55,341 bases of DNA from a virus (lineage: Duplodnaviria; Caudoviricetes). A program made the translations under genes and the position numbers. The notes under the pieces are model-generated. The model made no database searches. It saw only the letters and a program-made list of their open reading frames with translations, and was not told the origin of the DNA. Shown in pieces: positions 1 to 10,697 of the stretch. Numbering within the stretch: position 1 is the stretch's first letter; each line of letters starts with the position of its first letter. The stretch covers positions 1-55,341 of the IMG/VR virus record IMGVR_UViG_3300032213_001903; one strand, given 5' to 3'.

Positions 1-1269
1 ATCATAGGTAGTTATTCAGGTACTGCTGGATTGCAAAACATGATTCACTTAAGAGCAGGTACTAACTGCTTGCAGGTATGTGGTAGTGGATGTTTAACAG
101 TAAATGGTGTTGCCGTCGGAGGCGGTGGTGCTGGCGCGTTCAATGTATGTGGCACAAGAAATATTGTAAGTTGTATAGGTGGTACAGGCGGTAGTGGAAA
201 TGATAACTTCTTTGCTGGTCAATCTGCTGGCGCCTGCAGCACCACTGGCTGCAATAATAACTTTATCGGTTATTATGCCGGCCGTGCAAACACTTTCGGA
301 TCCCATAACAACTTTATCGGTAATGCTGCTGGTCGCTACAACACCACTGGCTGCAATAATAACTTTATTGGCTTCTGTGCTGGTTGCAGTAACACTTCTG
401 GCTGCTATAATAATTTCTTTGGTCGATGTGCTGGTTTCAGAAACACCACTGGCAACTACAACAATTTCTTTGGTTTTAGGGCTGGGTTATGCAACACCAC
501 TGGCTGCAGCAACAATTTCTTTGGAAACAGTGCCGGTTGCTGCAACACCACCGGCTGCAACAACAACTTTATTGGTCGGCAAGCTGGTGAATATAACACG
601 GTCGGTAATCACAACAACTTCTTTGGAATGTATGCTGGTAAGAGAAATACTTTTGGCTGCATGAATAACTTCTTTGGTCGCTATACTGGATGCAGGAATA
701 CCACTGGTAATAACAACATTTTCATGGGTTTTTGTGCTGGTCGATACAACACATGTGGTTCCTTCAATATCTTCATTGGTTGTAGTGCTGGTAACTACAG
801 CAACGGCAGCAACAATTTGTTACTTGGTTGTGGTGCCGGTACTTCAGGAGTTGGATTAGCATTCATCACCTCAGAAAGCAATCGTATCATTATGGGCAAC
901 AATGCTCACACTTGTGCTCAAATACAAATTGCCTGGACTGCTGTTTCCGATTGTAGAGATAAGTGTATATTTGGAAGAGTTCCGCATGGTCGAGGATTCT
1001 TGCAGAATCTTGAAACAATTGAATATGCATTTAAAGACCGTGCGACAGGATGTTTAACTGATATTCAAGGTAAAAGAAGATACGGATTTAGTGCTCAAAA
1101 TGTTCTATCCGCTGAAGGTGATAGTCCAGTTATTGTATCTGCGGATGATCCGGAAAAATTGCAATTAACTAGCGACTATATTATTCCAGTATTAGTTAAT
1201 GCAGTCAATGAATTATCCCAAGAAGTAGACAACTTAAAATCAAGAATAGAAGCATTGGAAGCAAGATAA
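1..1269 (+). CDS. Tail fibre/adhesin-like protein with (N/C)TTGxxNNFxGxxAG repeats and C-terminal intramolecular chaperone (peptidase S74-like); 5' truncated
   Basis: Frame open from base 1; many 14-aa Gly/Asn/Cys repeats; C-terminal SDCRDK...YGFSAQ...DYIIPVLVNAVNEL plus coiled coil typical of S74 chaperones. Confidence 0.75.
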   Translation: MIGSYSGTAGLQNMIHLRAGTNCLQVCGSGCLTVNGVAVGGGGAGAFNVCGTRNIVSCIGGTGGSGNDNFFAGQSAGACSTTGCNNNFIGYYAGRANTFGSHNNFIGNAAGRYNTTGCNNNFIGFCAGCSNTSGCYNNFFGRCAGFRNTTGNYNNFFGFRAGLCNTTGCSNNFFGNSAGCCNTTGCNNNFIGRQAGEYNTVGNHNNFFGMYAGKRNTFGCMNNFFGRYTGCRNTTGNNNIFMGFCAGRYNTCGSFNIFIGCSAGNYSNGSNNLLLGCGAGTSGVGLAFITSESNRIIMGNNAHTCAQIQIAWTAVSDCRDKCIFGRVPHGRGFLQNLETIEYAFKDRATGCLTDIQGKRRYGFSAQNVLSAEGDSPVIVSADDPEKLQLTSDYIIPVLVNAVNELSQEVDNLKSRIEALEAR

Positions 1270-1322
1270 TTTTTATTATATGTCGTAGGATTGATATATA
1301 CTTCAATCTCACTATCGTTTTT

Positions 1323-1967
1323 ATGAAAAATATTCTTATTGCCACACCTTGTCTCGACCAAAAAGTAGATGCTTATTTTGTCCATAGTTTATGTGAATCT
1401 ATTAAATTAGGATTACAAAATGATTTGAATATTCGCTGTGTCTTTTTGGCTAATGAAAGTATTTTACCAATGGCAAGAAATGAATTGTTTGCACTAGCCT
1501 ACAAAGAAAACTATGACTCAATGATTTTTATTGACGATGATGAATATTGGGATGCTAACACTTTAATTGAAATTATCAAATCAGATAAAGATGTTATTAC
1601 AGTACCAGTAGTAAATAAAGGTGACAAAGAAATTACATTTAATGTTTGGTTAACTGAAAATTTTGAAAAAGATTACCAAGATGGTTACATTAAAATAGAA
1701 AAATGTGGTACGGGATTTTTAAAATTATCTAAAAAAGTTATCGTAGATTTGTGGGAATCTAATACCGAACTTACATTTAGGAATAAAAAACTAAAAAATA
1801 TTTGCGAGTATACTTACAAAAACGGTGACTTTATTGGCGAAGATATCACACTAAGTAGTAAAATAAAAGAATTGAATTACAATATTTGGCTTAATCCTAA
1901 TCACACTGTATCACACATTGGAAACAAAATGTATAAAGGTGATTTTAAATTAAAAAATAATTTATGA
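1323..1967 (+). CDS. GT-A fold glycosyltransferase-like protein
   Basis: ILIATP start, ARN..FIDDD (DxD), GTGF and GED motifs. Confidence 0.7.
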   Translation: MKNILIATPCLDQKVDAYFVHSLCESIKLGLQNDLNIRCVFLANESILPMARNELFALAYKENYDSMIFIDDDEYWDANTLIEIIKSDKDVITVPVVNKGDKEITFNVWLTENFEKDYQDGYIKIEKCGTGFLKLSKKVIVDLWESNTELTFRNKKLKNICEYTYKNGDFIGEDITLSSKIKELNYNIWLNPNHTVSHIGNKMYKGDFKLKNNL

Positions 1968-3235
1968 TAGATGTTGTTATCCCCACAATGTGGATGAGTA
2001 ATAATTTTACAGATAGTTTAGAAACTTATACAAATCACCCACAAATTAATAAAATTATTATCATAGATAATAATAAATCACATAGACCCAACGCAAACAT
2101 ACTAAATCATCACAAAATAGATTTAGTTTCATATAACAAAAACATTTATGTAAATCCAGCATGGAACGAAGGATATTATAGATCAACATCTAAAATATTG
2201 TCATTAATTAATGATGATATTACGGTGTCAGATAGTGTATTTGATATGGTTATTGATTTTGATATACAACCCAATGATATTATTGGAGTGAATCTTAGAG
2301 GTCGTCAAAACAACTATAAGATTGATGATTTCATAGCAACTGAAGAAAAGATTGTAAAATTAAATTATGATATAAATAAACCCATTGGTGGACAAGCTTG
2401 GGCTTTTGGTATTTGTATGTTCATGTTAAGAGAATCATATAATGTTATTCCTAGTTTATACCAAATTTGGTACGGTGATGATTATTTGATACAACGGTCA
2501 AAAAATGTATACGCAATAAATTCAAATAAAATTAAGGGAACAATTTCTGAAACTATCAAGAAACTTGATTCTCATAGTGAGATAGCTAAAAGAATTGAAT
2601 TAGATTCAAAGAATTTTATTAGATTCAACCATTTTAAAGATAGCGAACACTGGGATCTTCCTAGACAAATAGTAGCAAAGAATCAAAATACAGAAACTAA
2701 AAATATGTTTGAAATAGAATATAAACGAGCAACACAGACACCTAGCGATATCAATGAAAATGTACATATTTTATATGACTTAGCTAAAGAATGTAAAACG
2801 GTAGTTGAAATGGGTGTAAGAACGGGTGTTAGTACCAGAGCTTTTTTAAATACTGATGTTCAATTATTATCATTTGATATTTTTATAGATGAACATGTAA
2901 AAAAACTGTTTGATTTAGCGAAACAACAGGGAAAAAATGTAAACTACATTAAAGAAAATGTACTCAACATAGAAATAGATGAGACTGATTTATTGTTTAT
3001 CGACACACTTCATACATATAACCAATTAAAGCAAGAGTTAACATTACATGGAAACAAAGCACAAAAATACATAGCATTCCATGACACATATACTTTTGGG
3101 TTAAGGGGAGAGGACAATGTTGATAAAAAGGGATTGATGACAGCAATTATAGAGTTTATGACAGAAAACTCACATTGGAAATTTAAAATACACAAAACTA
3201 ACAACAATGGTTTTACTGTACTAGAACGAACATAA
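1964..3235 (+). CDS. Glycosyltransferase family 2 fused to SAM-dependent methyltransferase
   Basis: N-term VVIPT..IIIDN..NPAWN..INDD..YGDD; C-term VEMGVRTGVST..LLFIDTLH..IAFHD. Confidence 0.75.
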   Translation: MIDVVIPTMWMSNNFTDSLETYTNHPQINKIIIIDNNKSHRPNANILNHHKIDLVSYNKNIYVNPAWNEGYYRSTSKILSLINDDITVSDSVFDMVIDFDIQPNDIIGVNLRGRQNNYKIDDFIATEEKIVKLNYDINKPIGGQAWAFGICMFMLRESYNVIPSLYQIWYGDDYLIQRSKNVYAINSNKIKGTISETIKKLDSHSEIAKRIELDSKNFIRFNHFKDSEHWDLPRQIVAKNQNTETKNMFEIEYKRATQTPSDINENVHILYDLAKECKTVVEMGVRTGVSTRAFLNTDVQLLSFDIFIDEHVKKLFDLAKQQGKNVNYIKENVLNIEIDETDLLFIDTLHTYNQLKQELTLHGNKAQKYIAFHDTYTFGLRGEDNVDKKGLMTAIIEFMTENSHWKFKIHKTNNNGFTVLERT

Positions 3236-3262
3236 ATAAATGTCTCTCAAAGAAAGAATTAT

Positions 3263-4162
3263 ATGAAGTATTGTATTTTTCATGTGCAGGGTGGAATAGG
3301 CAAACATGTTGCCTCAACTGCTGTTGCTCAAGTAATTAAAAATAATAACCCAGATAGAAAATTAATTATAGTTTGTGCTTATCCAGAAATATTCAACAAT
3401 TTAGACTTTGTTGACAGAGTTTATCAATTGGGCAACACTAGTTACTTTTATCAAAATTATGTCCATGAAAAAGACTCGTTGATTTTTCATCACGAACCAT
3501 ACTATACTACAGATCATATACATAAAAAATTACCACTAATTCAAAACTGGTCTAAGCTATATAATTTAGAATATAAAGGTGAAATGCCCGTAGTTAAATT
3601 TAATAAATTACAGTATGATATTTCTAAAAAGTTTTGGGTTAAAGGAAATAAGCCAATAATGGTATTGCATACTAACGGTGGCATGATGACTACCGATGCT
3701 AAACCCTATGCATGGACTAGAGATATGCCAGAAAATGTAGGGCAAGCACTAGTAGATCATTATAAAAAAGATTATACAATTTATCAAGTTACTAAACTAA
3801 ATTCACCTAAACTAAAAGGTGCTAATCATATTTTTGCAACACAGCAACAATCATTGACAACCATGGAATTGTTTAGTGTATTGTTACATAGTGAAAAAAG
3901 AATTTTAATTGATTCTTGCTTGCAACATACAGCAGCCGCAATGAATAGACCTGCTACAGTATTGTGGAATGGTACTAGTCCTAAAGTATTTGGTTACGAT
4001 ATGCATACAAATATTACCACTAAAATACCATATGAATTTAAGTTGCCTGGAAGCTATTTATTTGATTTTGACTTCAATGGTAACGAAATCGAATATCCAT
4101 TCGAAGAAGAACAAGAGTTATTCAATGTTAATGAAATCATACAATCAGTGGATTCACAATAA
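3263..4162 (+). CDS. GT-B (family 9-like) glycosyltransferase
   Basis: GGIGK start, IDSCLQH.AAA..PATVLW..T.P..FGY motif. Confidence 0.65.
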   Translation: MKYCIFHVQGGIGKHVASTAVAQVIKNNNPDRKLIIVCAYPEIFNNLDFVDRVYQLGNTSYFYQNYVHEKDSLIFHHEPYYTTDHIHKKLPLIQNWSKLYNLEYKGEMPVVKFNKLQYDISKKFWVKGNKPIMVLHTNGGMMTTDAKPYAWTRDMPENVGQALVDHYKKDYTIYQVTKLNSPKLKGANHIFATQQQSLTTMELFSVLLHSEKRILIDSCLQHTAAAMNRPATVLWNGTSPKVFGYDMHTNITTKIPYEFKLPGSYLFDFDFNGNEIEYPFEEEQELFNVNEIIQSVDSQ

Positions 4163-4171
4163 GGAACAAAA

Positions 4172-5110
4172 ATGACACAATCAAAGAAAAAATATTATTT
4201 TATGGCTGGGCTTCCACGAAGCGGAAGTACAATGTTATCTGCTATATTAAATCAAAATCCAAGATTTTATTGTGGTCCAAGCTCTCCTGTAGTACCTACA
4301 ATGTTAACAATAGAAAACTCATTAAAACAAGATGAACTATTTTTGGCATATCCTAAGTATGATTTTGGTAAAAATTTAATTGCATCTGTTATTGACCAGT
4401 ACTATTATGATATCGAAAAGCCTGTAATTTTTGAAAAAAATCGCAGTTGGGTTCATAGAATGAATTATATTCAAGGATATTTTGAAATTGAGCATCCAAA
4501 AATACTTTATCCTGTGCGTGATGTTGCTGAAATTTTAGCATCATTTATTTCTATGATTAATAGAAATCCTGTTATTGTTAATGAAAGATTAAATTTTATC
4601 GATCAATCATTAGTGCAACAAGGAATTCCTATAAATGATGAAAACAGATGCAGAGCTATTGCGGGTCCGGGTATTCTTGGACAATCGTTTGATGGGTTGA
4701 AAAAAGCATTAGCTGAAGGCTATCGTGCAAACATACATTTTGTAGAATATAAAGATTTAGTAAATAAACCTAAAGAAACAATGAAAAAGATTTACGAGTT
4801 CTTAAAAGAACCTGAGTATAATCATGATTTTAAAAATCTAGTAAATGTTCACAGAGAAGATGATGCTAGTATTTATGGGTTCACTGACATGCATGAAGTG
4901 CGTTCTGAAGTAAAATCAACCGCACTTCCACCAGAAGAGGTGTTACATAAAAACATCTTAGATATGTGTAAAGATTCTGAATTTTGGAGACAAATTGATG
5001 ATGTACCGTTGACAGATGAAACAGTAGACACTATTTCAAAAGTTAAACCCAAAGAAAGCTTTTTTGGACATACTGTAGACGAAGATAGTGATGATGTTAG
5101 ATTGATTTAA
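4172..5110 (+). CDS. Sulfotransferase family protein
   Basis: GLPRSGSTML PAPS-binding loop, VRD..EILAS, VEYKDL. Confidence 0.85.
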   Translation: MTQSKKKYYFMAGLPRSGSTMLSAILNQNPRFYCGPSSPVVPTMLTIENSLKQDELFLAYPKYDFGKNLIASVIDQYYYDIEKPVIFEKNRSWVHRMNYIQGYFEIEHPKILYPVRDVAEILASFISMINRNPVIVNERLNFIDQSLVQQGIPINDENRCRAIAGPGILGQSFDGLKKALAEGYRANIHFVEYKDLVNKPKETMKKIYEFLKEPEYNHDFKNLVNVHREDDASIYGFTDMHEVRSEVKSTALPPEEVLHKNILDMCKDSEFWRQIDDVPLTDETVDTISKVKPKESFFGHTVDEDSDDVRLI

Positions 5111-5145
5111 AACGGTATAAATATACTATAAGATAGGAGAAACTT

Positions 5146-5415
5146 ATGGCAAGAGAACCAAGAACACTTGAACAAATTCAAGCAACAATTCGTGCAGCAC
5201 GAGATAGTGTTTGGGTAATAAATGATGAAATTCAAAAACTTACTAACGGACAACCTGCTAATGATGAACGCAAAGGTAATATTGAAAGAAATGTTGCACA
5301 TTTAAAACTGATAGTTCCAAATTCAGAAATAATTGATTCTGGTGAAGATATTTCTGATTTACATACTGCTATTACGGTTGGTGAAGCAAAATTGGCTGAA
5401 AATATTTGGTCTTAA
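5146..5415 (+). CDS. Hypothetical protein
   Basis: ORF with AGGAG RBS and upstream TATAAATA late-promoter-like motif. Confidence 0.7.
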   Translation: MAREPRTLEQIQATIRAARDSVWVINDEIQKLTNGQPANDERKGNIERNVAHLKLIVPNSEIIDSGEDISDLHTAITVGEAKLAENIWS

Positions 5416-5441
5416 CTATAACCAAAAATTAAAAAAAATTT

Positions 5442-5473
5442 AAACCTTTATGATATAATCATAAGGGTTTTTA
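5442..5473 (+). terminator. Rho-independent terminator
   Basis: AAACCTTTATGAT/ATCATAAGGGTTT hairpin then T-run. Confidence 0.6.
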
Positions 5474-5537
5474 ATTTTACTACATCAAACCAATCATAAA
5501 TTATATTGCAACAACTTAATATTTAAAGGAAAACAAA

Positions 5538-5732
5538 ATGGAAAATCAAGAATTAGTTTTTAACATACAACTAAATTTAGATCAGGTAAATGTGATACTA
5601 GCTACTATGGGCAAACTTCCATATGAGTCAATTGCTCCGCTAATGAATTCAATTCAAATGCAAGCAAGTTCACAAATGCAACAATATCAAGCAGCAAATA
5701 GCGTCAACGATTCAGACAGTTCTATTCAATAA
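5538..5732 (+). CDS. Hypothetical small protein
   Basis: ORF with AAGGA RBS. Confidence 0.65.
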   Translation: MENQELVFNIQLNLDQVNVILATMGKLPYESIAPLMNSIQMQASSQMQQYQAANSVNDSDSSIQ

Positions 5733-5741
5733 GAGGTGAAA

Positions 5742-6602
5742 ATGTCAAAAAGAATACTTGTTATGGGCCTTCCTGGCTCAGGGAAAACCTATTTTGCGGA
5801 AAGATTGAAAAAATATCTTGAAGACAATGGAGATATTTTTAAAGTAAATCCAGATAGATTGTTAAATTATGAGGGAATTCCTGATCATAAATTAATGAAA
5901 GTTTCAGTTGATTGGTTTAACGCCGATGAAATAAGAAAGCGTTTTAACGATTGGGATTTTAGTCGTGAAGGTAGAATTCGTCAAAGTCTTAGAATGTTTG
6001 AGTTTGCGGTAAAATGTTCGGGAGAATTTGTAATTTGTGATTTTGTCGCGCCGTTACCAGAAATGCGTCATAATTTTAAAGCAGACTGGACAATTTGGAT
6101 GGACACAATTGACGCAGGAAGATACGAAGATACTAATAAGGCATTTGTACCACCCGATCTATATGATTTTAGAGTTACTGAAAAGAACGCAGAGCATTGG
6201 GTCGAATTCGTAGGTAATCATATTTTAGAAGATCGTCGTAGACCTAAATTTGATTGGCAGAAAGAAACTGTTCAAATGTTAGGTCGTTGGCAACCTTGGC
6301 ACCCAGGTCATCGCAAATTGTTTGAACGAGCAATTGCTAAGACAGGACAAGTCTGTATTATGATTCGTGACTGTCAGGGGTGGAATAATTCAAATCCGTT
6401 TGCAGTAGAACAAGTTAAATCTTTCATTCGTAGAGATTTAGATCCTATCTACCAAGGACAGTACGATATTCAAGTTGTACCTAATATTGTGAACATTACA
6501 TATGGTCGTGATGTTGGTTATAAAATTGAACAAGAAGTATTTGATGATGCAACTCATAGTATAAGTGCAACTAAGATCCGCAAAGAAATGGGATTAGAGT
6601 GA
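5742..6602 (+). CDS. Adenylylsulfate kinase (CysC-like) fused to HxGH nucleotidyltransferase
   Basis: GLPGSGKT P-loop, NADEIR..DFSREGRIRQ; C-term GRWQPWHPGH and SISATKIR. Confidence 0.8.
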   Translation: MSKRILVMGLPGSGKTYFAERLKKYLEDNGDIFKVNPDRLLNYEGIPDHKLMKVSVDWFNADEIRKRFNDWDFSREGRIRQSLRMFEFAVKCSGEFVICDFVAPLPEMRHNFKADWTIWMDTIDAGRYEDTNKAFVPPDLYDFRVTEKNAEHWVEFVGNHILEDRRRPKFDWQKETVQMLGRWQPWHPGHRKLFERAIAKTGQVCIMIRDCQGWNNSNPFAVEQVKSFIRRDLDPIYQGQYDIQVVPNIVNITYGRDVGYKIEQEVFDDATHSISATKIRKEMGLE

Positions 6603-6823
6603 ACAAATACCACATTAGATTTAATACCAAACATAATGGTTCTAAATTAGTGTGGCGTATATTCGAAAATGGAGTCGAACATCTAGCCGAAGATGTTCGA
6701 CTTATTGGAGAAACCTTTACAGAATGCACTCATGAACACGGTGAAACCAAATGGAATATAGCGTGTTTAGGTAGAATGATTTGGGTTGATAAAGTAGCAG
6801 TAATAGTTACTGATAAAGATTGA
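6599..6823 (+). CDS. Hypothetical protein
   Basis: ORF overlapping the previous stop codon. Confidence 0.6.
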   Translation: MNKYHIRFNTKHNGSKLVWRIFENGVEHLAEDVRLIGETFTECTHEHGETKWNIACLGRMIWVDKVAVIVTDKD

Positions 6824-7004
6824 TGACCTAACACAGTGTTAGGAGTCTTGCCAAAGTAATAAGTTGGCGAGCAAATAGTTACCACAACACTTTATTAGTC
6901 CATATCAATAATGTAAAATATGTATGTAATTACTGTTTTAGTTGATTCTAAATAACTATCTACGCAAATGTTACACAAAATAAAAATAAAAATATAGGTT
7001 AATC

Positions 7005-9326
7005 ATGCAAATATTAGTCACAAAACGAAACGGAACAAAAGAGACACTCACACTAGAAAAATGGCAATCTCAGGTGGCAAAAGTGTGCAATGGGATAGCT
7101 GATGTAAGTCCATCAATGATTGAAATTCGCAGTAATCCGCACTTTTACGATGGTATTAGTACACGAGAAATCGATGAAATTACATTACGAGCAATAGTTG
7201 ATTTAATTGATGTAGAGTCTAATCCAGACTTGGGTCATATTAATTATCAATATGTTGCTGGTAAAATGCGTTTAGGAATGCTGCGCAAAGATGTTTACGG
7301 GAAATATGAACCGCTAACTCTATACGAAATTGTAAAAAAGAATGTTAGTATTGGATTGTATACCAAAGAATTACTAGAATGGTATACTGAAGATGATTGG
7401 AACAAGATGAACGATATGCTTGATCATTCTAAAGATGAACAATATAGTTACGCAGCAATCGAACAACTGATTGAAAAATATCTAGTAAGAAATCGCTCAA
7501 CAAAGGAAATTTATGAAACTCCACAAATTAGATACATGGTCGCAGCAGCTACTGTCTTTCATAAAGAGGAACCCAACAGTGCTAGAATGCGATATATCAA
7601 AGAATATTATAACGCCGCTAGTGACGGTTTATTTACTTTGGCTACTCCTGTGCTTGCTGGTCTCGGTACTCCTACCAAGCAGTTTAGTTCCTGTGTTCTC
7701 ATTCGCAGTGATGATGACCTTGATAGCATTTTTGCTAGCGGGGAAATGATGGCTAAATATGCCAGTAAACGCGCTGGCATAGGTTTAGAGATCGGTAGAT
7801 TAAGACCTCTTGGTAGTCCCATCAGGGGCGGAGAGATCATGCACACTGGCATGATCCCTTTTCTAAAAAAATGGTTTGGTGATTTACGCAGTTGTTCACA
7901 AGGGGGAATTCGCAATGCTAGTGCTACTGTATTTTATCCTATTTGGCATCATCAGTTTGATGATCTTATCGTCCTTAAGAACAATCAAGGAACAGAAGAA
8001 ACCCGAGTCCGTCATATGGATTATGGGGTTGTGCTTAGTGCTTTCTTCTGGAGAAGATTCAAAAACAAAGAAAACATAACATTCTTTGATCCTAATGAGG
8101 TACCCGATCTTTATGAAGCTTTTTATAGCAACACAAAACTTTTTGAAGAACTTTATGTTAAGTACGAAAAACAAAAAGGACTTAGAAAAAAAGTCATAGC
8201 TGCTGAAGAAGTTTTTAAAGGGGGAGTTCTAAAAGAAAGAACCGACACTGGTCGTATATATCTAGTGTTCATTGATAATGTAATGAATCAAGGCCCATTT
8301 GATTCAGAATATCATACCATTTATCAGAGTAACTTATGCTGTGAAATACTATTGCCCACTAAACCATTCAAGAGACTTGATGATCCAGAAGGAAGAATTG
8401 CATTATGTACACTTGGATCAATCAACTGGGGAGCTTTCCGTAATCCAGAAGACATGCGCCGCGCTTGCAGGATTCTTCATCGCAGTCTTAATAACATTTT
8501 AGACTATCAAGATTTCTTGAGCATTCAAAGTAAATTATCTAACGATGAAATTCGCCCATTAGGTATAGGTGTTACTAACTTAGCATACTGGCATGCTAAA
8601 CGCAATTTTAAATACGGAGAAAAAGACTCACTACAAGAAGTTAAAAGTTGGATGGAACATCAGGCGTTTTATCTTACAGAGGCTAGTACAGAACTAGCGC
8701 AAGAACGCGGCCGTTGTATTGATAGTGATAATACTTATTATGGTAAGGGTATATTTCCTTGGGAACGAAGAGCCAATGGAGTAAATGAACTCGCAGATTT
8801 TACACCTGACTCAAGTTTAAATTGGGAAAATCTTCGTAATCAGATGAAAACATACGGTGTCAGAAATGCTACACAAATGGCTATTGCTCCTGTAGAATCT
8901 AGTAGTGTAGTGATTAATTCAACGAATGGTATTGAAATGCCAATGAGTTTGATTTCCGTGAAAGAAAGTAAAGCAGGATCATTTGTACAAGTTGTACCTG
9001 AATATCAAAAATTAAAAAACAAATATCAATTAATGTGGGAACAAAAAGATTGTGATGCATATTTGAAAACCAGTGCTGTGTTACAGGTATATGTAGATCA
9101 AAGTATTTCTACCAATACATTCTATAATCCTGCACACTTTAATGATCGTAAAGTTCCTACAACTCTTATTGCTAAAAACTTAATGAATTTTTATTACTGG
9201 GGAGGTAAAACATTGTACTACTCATTAATAAATAAACAAGGTTCTAAATCAGAGGATCCAATAAATTCACCATTACAAGAAATTAATTATGATGAAGAAG
9301 AAGCTTGCGAAGCTTGCACACTTTGA
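7005..9326 (+). CDS. nrdA: Ribonucleotide reductase class Ia alpha subunit
   Basis: ATP-cone VTKRNG, FSSC, SNLCCEI, APVESSS, C-terminal CEAC. Confidence 0.97.
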   Translation: MQILVTKRNGTKETLTLEKWQSQVAKVCNGIADVSPSMIEIRSNPHFYDGISTREIDEITLRAIVDLIDVESNPDLGHINYQYVAGKMRLGMLRKDVYGKYEPLTLYEIVKKNVSIGLYTKELLEWYTEDDWNKMNDMLDHSKDEQYSYAAIEQLIEKYLVRNRSTKEIYETPQIRYMVAAATVFHKEEPNSARMRYIKEYYNAASDGLFTLATPVLAGLGTPTKQFSSCVLIRSDDDLDSIFASGEMMAKYASKRAGIGLEIGRLRPLGSPIRGGEIMHTGMIPFLKKWFGDLRSCSQGGIRNASATVFYPIWHHQFDDLIVLKNNQGTEETRVRHMDYGVVLSAFFWRRFKNKENITFFDPNEVPDLYEAFYSNTKLFEELYVKYEKQKGLRKKVIAAEEVFKGGVLKERTDTGRIYLVFIDNVMNQGPFDSEYHTIYQSNLCCEILLPTKPFKRLDDPEGRIALCTLGSINWGAFRNPEDMRRACRILHRSLNNILDYQDFLSIQSKLSNDEIRPLGIGVTNLAYWHAKRNFKYGEKDSLQEVKSWMEHQAFYLTEASTELAQERGRCIDSDNTYYGKGIFPWERRANGVNELADFTPDSSLNWENLRNQMKTYGVRNATQMAIAPVESSSVVINSTNGIEMPMSLISVKESKAGSFVQVVPEYQKLKNKYQLMWEQKDCDAYLKTSAVLQVYVDQSISTNTFYNPAHFNDRKVPTTLIAKNLMNFYYWGGKTLYYSLINKQGSKSEDPINSPLQEINYDEEEACEACTL

Positions 9327-9335
9327 GGTAAACAC

Positions 9336-10448
9336 ATGTCACACGCACAGTATAATTTAAAAACAAAAACAGACTACTTATCAAGAAAAATGTTCTTGGA
9401 TCCAGCTGGACCAGTAACTATTCAACGATTTGAAGAAGTTAAGTATAACAAGCTAGTAAAATACGAACAGACCGCTCGTGGATTTTTCTGGGTACCAGAA
9501 GAAATATCATTAACTAAAGATGCACAAGATTTTAAAGATGCAAGTGAAACTGTTAAGCACATTTTTACAAGTAATTTATTAAGACAAACCGCTCTTGATA
9601 GTTTGCAAGGGCGCGGCCCAAGTCAAATCTTTACGCCTGTTGTAAGTTTACCTGAACTAGAAGCATTAGTCTATAACTGGACCTTCTTTGAAACTAATAT
9701 TCATAGTCGCAGTTACAGTCACATTATTCGTAACATCTATAATGTTCCCAAAGAAGTATTCAATACAATTCACGACACTAACGAAATTGTTGATATGGCA
9801 AGTAGTGTAGGTAAATATTACGATGATTTACATAGACTAAACTCTTTGAAAGAAATTAGTGACCTTACAAAAGAAACAGTATTAGAAACGGCACACATTA
9901 AAGCAATTTATCTAGCACTACACGCAAGCTATGCCTTAGAAGCATTCCGTTTCATGGTATCATTCGCTACAAGTTTAGCAATGGTTGAAAACAAAATCTT
10001 TATCGGTAATGGCAACATTATCAGCTTAATTTTACAAGATGAAATACTGCACAAAGAATGGACAGCTTTCTTGATTAACCAAGTAGTTAAAGAAGATAGT
10101 CGTTTTGCTAAAGTTGCAGAAGAATGCAAACAAGAAGTTTATAACATTTATATGGATGTTATCCGTGAAGAAAAAGAATGGGCTAAGTATCTATTCAAGT
10201 TTGGTCCTGTTATTGGGCTAAATGCAAATATATTATGTGATTTTGTAGACTATACTGCAAAAAATGCACTTCATGAAATAGGCATTAAATATAGTCAGCC
10301 GGCCCCTAAGTCTACCCCTATTCCATGGTTCAATAAGCATACTAATTCTTCTAATAAACAATCCGCTCTACAAGAAACTGAGAGTACGAATTATGTTATA
10401 GGAGTTATGTCTGCTGATTTGAATTACGATGAATTACCCAACTTATAA
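9336..10448 (+). CDS. nrdB: Ribonucleotide reductase class Ia beta subunit
   Basis: FFWVPEE, ETNIHSRSY, DEILH, QETE..Y motifs. Confidence 0.97.
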   Translation: MSHAQYNLKTKTDYLSRKMFLDPAGPVTIQRFEEVKYNKLVKYEQTARGFFWVPEEISLTKDAQDFKDASETVKHIFTSNLLRQTALDSLQGRGPSQIFTPVVSLPELEALVYNWTFFETNIHSRSYSHIIRNIYNVPKEVFNTIHDTNEIVDMASSVGKYYDDLHRLNSLKEISDLTKETVLETAHIKAIYLALHASYALEAFRFMVSFATSLAMVENKIFIGNGNIISLILQDEILHKEWTAFLINQVVKEDSRFAKVAEECKQEVYNIYMDVIREEKEWAKYLFKFGPVIGLNANILCDFVDYTAKNALHEIGIKYSQPAPKSTPIPWFNKHTNSSNKQSALQETESTNYVIGVMSADLNYDELPNL

Positions 10449-10459
10449 GAAAGAATAAT

Positions 10460-10687
10460 ATGACTACAGCAATTATTTGGAGCAAATATCATTGTCCCTA
10501 TTGCGATCAAGCAAAACAGTTGTTAAAACAAAAAGGTATACCGTTCGAAGAACGAAAAATTGGAGATGGATATACCAAAGAAGAATTATTAGAAGCAGTT
10601 CCAACTGCCAGAACAGTCCCACAAATTATATTAGATGGCGAATTAATTGGTGGATTCACAGAGTTAAAACAAAAACTATTAGGTTAA
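10460..10687 (+). CDS. Glutaredoxin
   Basis: CPYC, TVPQI, IGGF. Confidence 0.95.
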   Translation: MTTAIIWSKYHCPYCDQAKQLLKQKGIPFEERKIGDGYTKEELLEAVPTARTVPQIILDGELIGGFTELKQKLLG

Positions 10688-10697
10688 AGGAAATAAA

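Noticed and set aside
31-900. Diversity-generating retroelement template/variable repeats in the AAC-rich fibre gene
   Set aside because: The repeats are in-frame protein repeats; no reverse transcriptase or separate template copy in the window
6823-7004. NrdR box or riboswitch upstream of nrdA
   Set aside because: Two short hairpins are present but there is no convincing consensus match
7005-10448. Introns or inteins in nrdA/nrdB
   Set aside because: Both ORFs are continuous and of normal length
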